Part shown: positions 1 to 10,443 of the stretch, one piece after another | Numbering within the stretch: the first letter of the stretch is position 1 | How the letters are laid out: every line of letters begins with the position of its first letter | Source: Balanoglossus misakiensis | Lineage: Eukaryota > Animalia > Hemichordata | Assembly (NCBI GenBank): GCA_040954595.2 | Contig: CM082586.2 | Coordinates: 7,285,337 to 7,349,336, forward strand | Direction: 5' to 3' | DNA: 64,000 bases | The notes under the pieces: model-generated | Seen by the model: the letters and a program-made list of their open reading frames with translations, nothing else | Databases searched by the model: none | Told to the model about the DNA's origin: nothing | Made by a program: the position numbers and the translations under genes

Positions 1-98
1 CAAAATGAAAAGCATGATGATGCATCTAGCTTTTCTTTATGCGGTCTCGAATGTAAGTACAGTGCAAATTCGTTTGGGCCTGATAGGACATCTAGTTT

Positions 99-313
99 TA
101 GCTGCAGATCAGTAGCGGTCTGGTTTTGCCGTCTGCCATTCTCCATACAGAGATAGTCTCGGTTACCCAGACCCCTCTGCTTCTGTCCAGAGTGCCAAAC
201 GGAAGAAGCAGAGGGGTCTGGGTAACCGAGACCAGCGCGCTGCAATCTCTGTACGGAGAATGGTCGTCTACCACACAGACCAAGGCAACACCTCGAGCTA
301 CTGAACTGCAGCA
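99..313. mobile_element. Nested inverted-repeat insertion in a lectin A intron; core related to the 426-bp element
   Basis: Perfect 29-bp arms at 156-184 and 204-232 (GTCTCGGTTACCCAGACCCCTCTGCTTCT), a second pair at about 136-154 and 245-263, and an outer pair at about 101-116 and 297-312. The segment is absent from the homologous intron of lectin B (about 5730). Confidence 0.75.
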
Positions 314-384
314 CCCCAAGTTAGTGAAAATGTTCCAAGAAACGTTCCTACTTTATTGTATTTTTGATGATATTCATCACGTAC

Positions 385-1964
385 CTGGAATTTCACAGAC
401 GAAGCCCTTTGGTCTGGCGTCACAGTACTCGTCATCCCACAAACCATCGTGTCCAAATCGATACCTGTAAGACATCAACAGGTGGCATTACTACGATTGC
501 TACAGCTGATTGGTTCACTCGACCAGGACAGGTGTTATATAAGAATATTCTTTTATAAGAATATTGATCACATTTTAGCCCATAGACAATAAACAAAGAC
601 CAAATTATCTGCGATAAGTATGTACATGTATTCCTTCCTTAAATAACAACAACAACTTTATAACAACACATTTCGGGAAGTGTGGTAGAGCAAACACAAT
701 CAATTATAATGAACCTCTTACCACAACTGAACGCAGTCTTGTCCGCCCGTGCCCTTGTTGACGTTGTTGTTAGGTTCACCGGGAGCCCAGCCCGTGACGT
801 CGTCTTGACACAGTGCGTTGCCATCACCCCAGATAAAACTACCCTCTTGGAGTTGATCAGACAAACCAATCCAGAATCCATGTTTGGTGATGCAGGGTGA
901 TTGGTGGAAGTTCCTCGTCTTGATGAAGTTACGCACCTTGGCGTCGATGGTGCTATTTCTCAGAACGGCCAGCCGGCCCTTGGGTCCGTTTGGAACTACA
1001 GACAATTGATTACAGTGCGCTTCGGCGTTGCGGTAATACGGATGGTCGTCTTCAGGTTGCTGGCAGTACACGTCATACACCACACACTTACAATTGCCGT
1101 CCTCGTGTACGACGAGTCCTCCTGTACACAGTAACAGAATCAAGTAAGAAGTACATTTCGATCATCGTTGAGAGATTGACAAGAAAAGTATTTACACAGA
1201 TTAGCCACCAGTCTCATTGTAGCGTACTGTCATAAAAACACGAACTGTGAAAATATTAAAGATTCTTTCTTCTTATTACTTTCGTGTATATATATCTATT
1301 CCCCTATCATTTTCATGGGCTTGCAATGTTCATTGCGGGCTTTGAGATTGTTTAAAATGCAAAACTACCACCAACACCATACCATTACAATCATCCACTA
1401 CTTCTACTAATTAAAACCCCACGAGCTGCAACTCGATATTTTTTTTAATCGTTAAATATAGCTAAAATTAGTTCACTCGCCTGCGAAGTTGTATCGGCTC
1501 TACATAGCCATGGTCCAAGAGGATTTAGTAAAAAGTACAAAAAAAAACAATACCGTTTAAATGCAAATGGTGAAAAAGATAATGCCTGAACATAAATCTG
1601 CAGTCTGAAGGTTAGGTGTTCGCATGCAACTAGAGGGGCTCTTTTTTCTAGGGTGGTCGCCCTTGATGAGAATATGTCCTCCCATACCAGCACAAACCCC
1701 ACTGCAGTCGCCACGACCTACTATAGGATCTTCAGTTGCTGTCATTCCCAGTCTACGCTACGTTCATTCTAAGAATTGTCTTATTCGATGGATTTGTGGA
1801 GATGAATTGTAACGTTCACAAATAAACACACGCGGCGCGACGACCCCTTTGACTTTGATGTGAATTACATATATTTTATATATACTTACCGGGATCACAG
1901 CCTGTGCCTGAATACATTGCACGTAAATGCCACAGATGAGTAAAACAGTCAGCTTGGAATTCAT
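385..1964 (-). CDS. Secreted C-type lectin (EPN type), paralogue A; 3' end lies beyond the left window edge
   Basis: Exons: 1964-1890 (signal peptide MNSKLTVLLICGIYVQCIQAQAVIP, GTAAGT donor), probable 19-nt micro-exon 1499-1481 (GC donor, less certain), 1121-722 (400 nt; FWIGLSD, EGSFIWGDG, WAPGEPNN, CVQLW) and 464-385 (80 nt; WDDEYC...FVCE). The last two exons match the plus-strand paralogue in size and phase. Confidence 0.88.
1794..1851. repeat. Dispersed repeat end fragment, second copy at about 26076-26132
   Basis: Shared ATTTGTGGA..TGAATTGTAA...ACGCGGCGCGACGACCCCTT. Confidence 0.6.
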
Positions 1965-2185
1965 TGTGGTCCGGTCGCTATGTGTATCTGAAAAAAACTA
2001 GGAATTTCGATTATTGTATGTAATGTATGTATTGTATGTAATCCTTAGAATCATAAAAAGTTGGATATGGATGGTATTTGGTTGCTTTCGTAATCCATAT
2101 TCTCTTCTCTTCTGCATACACTGTTACTCATAAACAGAAGACCGTTAAAAGGCGACGTTATGCCAAAGTATGAAACAGTCACGCA

Positions 2186-2268
2186 TTTCAAAACTAAAAA
2201 AAAATACGTAACGTTTCAAAACTAAAAAAAATACGTAACGTTTCGAAACTAAAAAAATACGTAGCGTT
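2186..2268. repeat. Three tandem units of about 26-28 bp
   Basis: TTTCAAAACT(A)nTACGTAACG three times, with a shrinking A tract. Confidence 0.9.
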
Positions 2269-2759
2269 ACATCTTCTGATGTGATACATGTATAAAGCAG
2301 GACAATATAAACTCAATAATATGACTTACTGGAACTTTTATGGAGATGCTTGCCAACAAGCTAGAGATCTCTTGATATTCATAGCTATTTATTGAGCTGT
2401 GGCGGTGATTCAGACTTGTCCAAATGACCAAATGTCACGTCACCAAAGTACTGCATGGCATCTGGCGATACATGTATAGGCCAACTAATAAGCTTAGGAA
2501 AAATCTTCACCGGCCGTCCGAAGTTTTTGTTTCGCCACGTACTCTCTGTTGATTGGATTTTGCACACGTATTTTGGGAGGAGGGCCCTAGGCACAGAAGA
2601 AGCTTTGCAAAATCTGGAAAAAATAATCCTCAAACATCCGTGCAGATTTAGCCAGAACAGCGCATTCGACAATATAATATTATTATTGGTATATGTTCAT
2701 GACGAAGCCAGAAAAGTTGGCATATATAGAATTTACAGTTTGCATACTTACTATATTAA

Positions 2760-2941
2760 AGGTAAACGTTCACCTATTGAAAATTAGCCATAGTTACCAT
2801 GGCAAAGTGAGATCTAGCCAATCACTGATTTTCAGTGGGTGGCACACGCGAAAAAAGAGCGCCACCATATTCTTTAGAACGCCCAAATACGCCATTTCAG
2901 CCATATATGGGCGTATGTAAATTGGGGGTGACTGTATACCT
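2760..2941. mobile_element. About 190-bp TTAA-flanked MITE, Kolobok-like (family K1), copy 1
   Basis: TTAA|AGGTAAAC...GTATACCT|TTAA; homologous to 23915-24107 (inverted) and 34562-34751. Confidence 0.8.
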
Positions 2942-3747
2942 TTAATGAACGTGGAATTTCCATCACCGTTATTTCACCACAGTCTGTCTGTAAGCACACG
3001 TACCCCAGAAAATAGAATAAAATCCCCCTTATGATAATATCACGGAACACAAGCTGTGATGGTCACTCTCTTATCCTGATTTGGTTGAAAGTTTGTCCAT
3101 ATTCAAGAATGTGCAGTTTTTGCCGAACGTGCACGTGTACAGATGTTTTCAGCTTTAGGCCTATCACGCCAGACTTTCTTTTATAAGCTTATTTATTTAC
3201 CACACGCTTGGCGACTTCTTTTTGAAAAGTACTCAATAAGCATTATATCACGACGCATAACTTCCATCCGGTCGATTCTTGTCAGAAGATTTTCTCCTAA
3301 TCTTATTACTCGCCCGATCTCTCACACCATACGTTTCACACCGCAGATACTTTTATGATAAGCCCCTTCCGTAACTCAGAATTCATACCATAAATCTCCC
3401 GGAAAACCATACTAAATAAATAGCCTGTGTTTATTGAAGAATCACCGACAGAATTGGTTAATATCTCACCACACACGACCAGGTTAGTATTATAATTATT
3501 CAATTTACTTTGCATGGCGTATACCACCACATTTTCCTCGGTCTGTAAAATTGCAATTGTACTTTTCAGCTGCTTGTCACTTGTGCCGAGTTGTGCGGAC
3601 GATTTTGTTAACATTTTCCTTGTAACTTTGATTTCAAAGGTCTACTGCTGACCAACAGTAATGCTAGCTGAGCATGAACAAATTATCAATGTCTAGTTCT
3701 CTATGTGTGTTGGTTTATGTTCTCTGTGTGTATGTATGATGTATGTG

Positions 3748-3992
3748 TACATACATACATACATACATACATACATACATACATACATACATACATACAT
3801 ACATACATACATACATACATACATACATACATACATACATACATACATACATACATACATACATACATACATACATACATACATACATACATACATACAT
3901 ACATACATACATACATACATACATACATACATACATACATACATACATACATACATACATACATACATACATACATACATACATACATACAT

Positions 3993-4035
<43 letters not shown>

Positions 4036-4036
4036 G
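3748..4036. repeat. Compound microsatellite (CATA)n then (CAGA)n
   Basis: About 245 bp of pure TACA repeats followed by about 10 CAGA units, ending just upstream of the lectin B acceptor at 4060. Confidence 0.98.
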
Positions 4037-4078
4037 GCATCTCAATGCCTATTTTTTCAGATTCGGAAAGCGCTTACA

Positions 4079-5894
4079 ATGGATATGAGGTTGCTAGCAA
4101 TTGTTTTGCTCGCCTGTGCTACGTACGTGCAAGGCCAAAGTTCTGTAAGTAACTATATGTACATCGATTAGTATGTATGTTGTCGTGTTTGGGTGTTGCT
4201 GTACACTTCATCTATGGCAAGATATAAGCAATAAGCACAAATGTATTAATAAAAAAAACATTCATCTCGAAACAAATTATCAAATGATCAGAAATGTTCA
4301 CAGGGTCTGGCTGTTGTATTTTGTTTTGGTGCAGAATTATTATATACTCTCAAATGAGAAAGTACACAATTTCATACTAAAAAGCTGAACTGTGGTTTAA
4401 TACATCGGCAAATACATGCATGTATGTGTTTTGTAGCATTCCCACCGATTCGATGAAAACTAATTATCACACATTTTCCACTTTCAGGGATTTGAGCGCC
4501 GTTCACCAACAACCGGAGTAAGAATTTTTTTCTATTTTGAGAATCACTTGGAGGTTTTCGAGTGAGACACAAAATATAACTACTTGACCTGTTTTCGAAG
4601 TCACGTTATTATGAGAGCATTATCTTATCTGTTAGAGCATCATGCATTGTATCATCGATACTTATTATGTGTTTTTTTTTATCATTTCTGTGAAATGTTT
4701 TAGCCCGACTCCGCACATGTCCTTGCAGGTGAGTGCATACAATTCTCCCCCTCAGAGCGAGAAAAAGACAAAGCTGTTTTTAAAATAACCACTATTATCA
4801 TCTGTACGGGTTCATTTCCCGAAATAACTCGAAGTCAAAAGTTTGCTATACATACGCATTCTCTGACCATAGACTGGACTCTGACTTGAATCTGTTTCCT
4901 TACAGGAGGATTCACCGTGCGTGTTGATGGCGACTGTATGTGCATGGTCTATGACGTTTACTGCCAGCAACCTGATGACGACCGTCCATATTTCCACAGT
5001 GCTGAAAAGTATTGCACGGAGTTATCTATAAGCCCACACGGACCCAAAGGCCGGCTGGCCATTCTCAGAAACAACACCATCGACTCCATGGTGCGTGACT
5101 TCATCAAGGCGAACGACTTCCACCAATCATCCTGCATCACTAAACATGGATTCTGGATTGGTCTGCTTGACCATCTCGAAGAAGGGAAATTTGTCTGGAG
5201 TGATGGCGGCGCAATGTGTCAAGACGACTTCAGGAACTGGGCTCCCGGTGAACCCAACAACAACGACAAGAAGGACCCGAACGGACAAGGCTGCGTTCAG
5301 TTATGGTGAGAGGTTCATTATAATTGATTGTGTTTGCTTTACCACAACCGAAGTTTGTTGTTCTGCACTAAAGTTTTGTTGTAGCTGTTGTTGTTGATAA
5401 ACTCAAGGGAAGACATGTAACAGATAACATGGTCTCGGTTTATTGTCTATGGGCTAAAATGGGATCAATATACTTATAAAAGAATATTCTTATATAACAC
5501 CTGTCCTGGTCGAATGAACCAATCATGATTAAACACTCAGCCGTAGCAATCGTAGTAATGCCACCTGTTGATATCTTACAGGTATCGATTTGGACACGAT
5601 GGTTTGTGGGATGACGAGTACTGTGACGCCAGACCAAAGGGCTTCGTCTGTGAAATTCCAGGTACGTGATGAATATCATCAAAAATACAAAGTGGGAATG
5701 TTTCTTGGAACATTTCCACTAATTTAGGGGGCTAAGGATTGTGCACGAAATTGCTTACATTCGAGAGCACAAAAAGTACAGGAAATGTTATGCATGATTT
5801 TAATTTTGACAAATAAACCATTTTTCACTGAGTCCATGGTGTCTTTTCTGTCTTTTCAGATCCCTACTGCTTCTCTCTTCAATGGAGTGGATGA
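4079..5894 (+). CDS. Secreted C-type lectin (EPN type), paralogue B, about 211 aa
   Basis: Exons 4079-4144 (MDMRLLAIVLLACATYVQGQSS, signal peptide), 4488-4517, 4704-4728, 4906-5305, 5582-5661 and 5860-5894 (TGA). All introns are GT-AG and the frame is continuous (636 nt). CTLD motifs: FWIGL, EGKFVWSDG, NWAPGEPNN, WDDEYC, FVCE. The two micro-exons are less certain than the CRD exons. Confidence 0.9.
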
Positions 5895-6079
5895 GTGTGG
5901 ACATAACCAACATCAAAGACATCACAGAATGATGATGAAGTCTTTTGGAAAGTTAGCCAAATACACTCTCGATTTATCCCATTTCATGATTCATCAATAG
6001 CTCATTAATTATGAGTGTACGGACATAGTAACGTACAATGTAATAGTGATGTGTTGTTAGTTAAGTAGTAAAGCATAAC

Positions 6080-6085
6080 AATAAA
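6080..6085 (+). terminator. Candidate polyadenylation signal of lectin B
   Basis: AATAAA about 190 nt after the stop codon at 5894. Confidence 0.5.
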
Positions 6086-7635
6086 ATGGAATAATAATCC
6101 ATCCAATCGTTTGCTCTTCATTATATTTTAGCCTGACGTGCAGTGGCACCCATCGCTAAATGGCATCGCCCACATTACGTTGGGCGGAAGTCAATCCCAG
6201 CGTTTTTTCCCATGATTCAAAAAACAGTAAACGCCATATTGGAAATTCTGCCGATTTCCGTTTTAAAGAGTTTTACATGGTGAAAATGGTTTCCCCTGAA
6301 AAAAGTGACCTCAAAGCTAGCACATTATGTAGAAATCAGCTGGACTGTACTTCCCCTTTTTTCTCTATGAACTGGCAATGCAAACCATACCCGTCAAAGC
6401 AACCAAATATGTCCTTCGATGTCCTGTCCAATCCCCCATGTAATTATCTAGCTACACCAACTGGCAAAGACACGAACACACAGTTTCACGACAATATGAT
6501 TTTTAATGTATTTATTTCTTTTGCTCAAAGACCACAGCCGGATAAATGACAGTCTCTATTTATGTAGAAAAGATTTTTTCATGTCAAATTGCACATCAAG
6601 AAAATCTTACAGGGAGCAATTTTATAAACAGAAACCTTTTTTCTCCAAAGTTGACCGTATGCAGACCATTTCACTGCATGTAAAAATATGCAAATGGAGC
6701 AAAGCAAATTTTGTCCAAATTTCCCTGAAAATGACGCTTTGTTGGATCACTACCATTGACAGTGCTGTGAGTTTGTTTTGTCATGAACTGCATTAACTAT
6801 ATCTAGTATTGAAAATGGTTTCTTCTTTACGATCATGGCATCTCTTATATCTACTTGTGACTCGTTGCAGACGACAAAACTTGTGTTAAATTTGTAAATT
6901 GGTACAGCCTATACAGTAATGAAAAAAAAGTCGACAATTATGGACACACAAAAACATGGATCATATCTTAAATTGGGGTTTCAGTAGTTGTAAGGTCAAA
7001 GGTTACTGACATGAGCGTACAGCCTGACCTTCCCAGTATGCAAGCTCTTATTCTGAACCGTATGATCAAAAGCGTACAGATGATTTATTTTCAGCAGACA
7101 CACGTTTGTGTGAGTTTTTGTTATGGGCTGATATACATCACATATTGAACTTATAATTTTGACTGACATACCGGTATATACAACTGCTGGCTCTGAAATA
7201 ATTGATGTTTTTAAGTAACAATGTACACAGAAGCACAATTCCAGGAACTCTGCATGACCTTAATAAAATACAATGTACTTAAACAGTGGAAAATCTCTCG
7301 CCTCTCTCGTTGAACTGCATTGCATTGTGGGAGGGAAATATCTGTCCATTCATTAATACTCGCTGAACAATAACAATATTTTTTGTGCCGTAAAGTTACT
7401 GCAAGCAGCAACATTGTGCATTTCTTCATCGTTACACGCTCTCCCCAAAATGTAAATTTGGTTACGACAGTTCTTGTGAAACTGAAAATAAATTATTTTC
7501 TACGAAGGATAGAAAGATTGAGCTTCCGATTCTCTAACGAAAAGAGTTTCTCAATGAACAGTGGGGTAAAACGCTTATTAGAAAGTTGAAAGACTCAAAA
7601 CCCTCCTTTTGTGTGGTTGAAAGCTATCTTCTAAA

Positions 7636-7720
7636 CCCGTTCACCTCAATTTCATCTGTAGAGGTACAACCTTATTGGAGAAAGGCAATGGACTTCAACC
7701 AAAACCATGGTTGTGGAGTT
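7636..7720. mobile_element. Degenerate family P1 copy
   Basis: Weak match to 46863-46947 (CCCGTTCACC...AGAGGTACAACCTTA...CAATGGACTT...AACCATGG). Confidence 0.45.
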
Positions 7721-10443
7721 TAGGTACATGTAACCAGTATCATATGTTTCTACAGTTAAAATGCACTTTGTTTGTTACACAGATATTTCACTGGATGCGA
7801 TCAACCATCACCCCTGTAAAAAATGAACTAATCCAACATGGTCATACCATTATAACACTGGAGGGTTGACGAACTGTAAGATATCTGCAGACATTGGTTG
7901 TCGATATGGCAAAAATAATGTTATACCCTGTAGATATAAATAAAAATAAAGCTGTTGGCTGTGTCTTAATTTTTGCTTGGAAAGTTCATTTTCATTGCAT
8001 ATAATCTCTAAGTCTCCGTATCCAAAGGAAAAACAAAGTAAAAAAAAGTATTGAAAGTTGTATGTAAAAAAATGCTTATGTTAGGTTTGTGACTTTTTCA
8101 GGTGATCTAGCCTGGTTCCCTGACCCATTCTGTTGCTATGGTTTATGAAAGGGGCGCAGTTTGTGTCTTTCTAGTCACCGCTAGCTGCCATTGGTAAAAA
8201 TGTTAAGTGGTTTCGTGGGAGACATGACTTGTCTCTGTGTCATATTCCAAGTCATAAGCAGCCATCTTGGTCAATACGTGGGCAATATTACTTGTCGATA
8301 CATCTATCTGCCCCTTTATGATAAGCACAGTGCAACCAGCCACATAATTGGGGCAGGGAACCACACTACACTTAATCAGTCTGTTTCGACCAATGGGGGC
8401 GCTATTCACACCATCTGTCAGCAATCGACTGACGAGGGTGCTATTTGCACCGCCTGTCTGCAAGTATCTGCACCACGAGAAAAAAAAACGTCTTGCAACC
8501 AGACTTACAGTATAACAAAATAAATATCCTTATGCACAATATGGACAAATATTTTCAATTGACTTACACACACGGTAGTATTTGTAAATACCGTAACTAC
8601 TTACAAAAAGCAAATTTGAATTCTCTCTCACTTCGAATAAAATAATTTTGAAACTTCACACAAAATATAACATTAACACAAAAGGATGTAATGAGATTCA
8701 GAGTATAAAAAAATCTGAAAGATCTGAACATATTACACTATTGTACATAAATGGAACTGAATGAATGTGGAATTTTTCGTCTTAAACCCAACCCATAACC
8801 TTCATCCCTTACAATGGAATGGAAAGATATAAAAAGACAGGACTCAGATGACTTGAATTTGCAAAATCGGTGAAGTGGAAAGTAGGCCACTTTCGTGACC
8901 TCTGGGTGACCTCACATTCTGGTCTTTTGTCGGTATGACATCATCATAGTTCAACATTAAAGGCAATATTCACCCATTTTGTAAAGGACTCTATTTTTTT
9001 TTTTCTGCTCTGGGATGAGTTCGAGTACACACATTCAGTAGTATGTTTGACTGGTCCAGAGTTTAAACTGAAAATGGTTAACTAATACCAACAAAATGCC
9101 AGGATGTAAAGGTCACATAGGGGTCATGAAGTGGACGTAACCAGATTTGTGCATGCTTTCTGGGCTTCTAATTGTAAAATGAAAAGTAGCATGCAAGATG
9201 ATATCTCACTCCAAAAATCCTGTGGACGCTGCTTGACTGTGCCAGATGAGATCAAAACTGGTGTGGTCGGTTGTTTTCGTTGCTAGGGTCGTTAATTTGC
9301 TGTCCTGGGGAGGACGAAGCAATGACCAAGCAAACAAGCAATTCATACACACAAGATTTCCAGAGATTGGAATATTGTCGTTACACACAGACAGACTGCA
9401 CCACAGGAAAATGGAGTGACATGTCATCTTCAATAAGCCTGATAAATCATGAAATATGAAATGTATGTTTTAAATAGCTCAGGGTAAATTGACATTTGAA
9501 AAACGTTAGAAACCATGGCAAGAACGGACAATGCACCACTGTAAAAAGAAATTTCATCCAAATCAAACAAATGCCATGTTTTGTTGAGGGAGCTGCCAAA
9601 CAGTAAGTTAAAGCTTGTCACGAAGTTTCGTCGTGCCACCGGTATTTTGACCATTGACCTCTACAAAAGCATCCAACATCAAAATCTTGTTCAAAAAAAA
9701 TCCAAAAAGACATTTGCAGGACAGACTGGCATTGCTCGTTTTGCATAAAACCAGAGCAGTGCTTAAAGCAAACAGTGGCCAAACTGTCATTCCATTTTAT
9801 AACTATTTACAATCTCTTTCGCAAGTTCAAAGGACGTCTTCTCGTTTCTTAAAAATCCGTTCCTTTGTAACCATCGCCATGGTTATGCTCTTTTTTATGA
9901 CAGGTTGGTCCGTGAAATTTGTTGGCATAGCAATGGAATGGTAATACGGAAAAATCAGGAAATTCATAAATATCTTGGCAAAGCTTATGAATAAAATACA
10001 TTTACAAGGTATTAAATCTACTCTTTTTTAGTTCTCTTTTTACATAGTTCTTTTTTTTAAATACAATGAGCGACAATTTAATTTGTCAAAAGACAAAAGA
10101 CGGTCTCTAATCCTGTAAATTTTTCTCACACACATTCTCTGCATACTAGTGTTCAATGTCTTCTTTTGAATATACGACGCCATCTTGGAAATACAAAATC
10201 CCCATGGTGCTTGTGCCTTGCATGGTCGGTTATCCTATCTGAACTGTAGAGGGCGCCATCGTCTCACAAACGGCCGCCATTTTCTTTTTAAATCTTCATG
10301 GAAAAACGTATACAGCGAGTTAGACTCAATATTGCAACTTTTTAATGTTTTAGGTCCTTCCTCACAATAGAGAAACAGACTTCAGCCATTTTTTTAAAAA
10401 TCCGATGCTCTTCAACGAGCAAGTTGGAAGTTCTGCTCTCCTG

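Noticed and set aside
3693-4171. Long ORFs with MYVC/HTYI repeats
   Set aside because: Translation artefacts of the CATA microsatellite; only 4079-4144 is coding.
6500-10443. Possible separate gene between lectin B and TMCC
   Set aside because: No coding signal; the composition fits a long TMCC 3' UTR, but its end cannot be placed.
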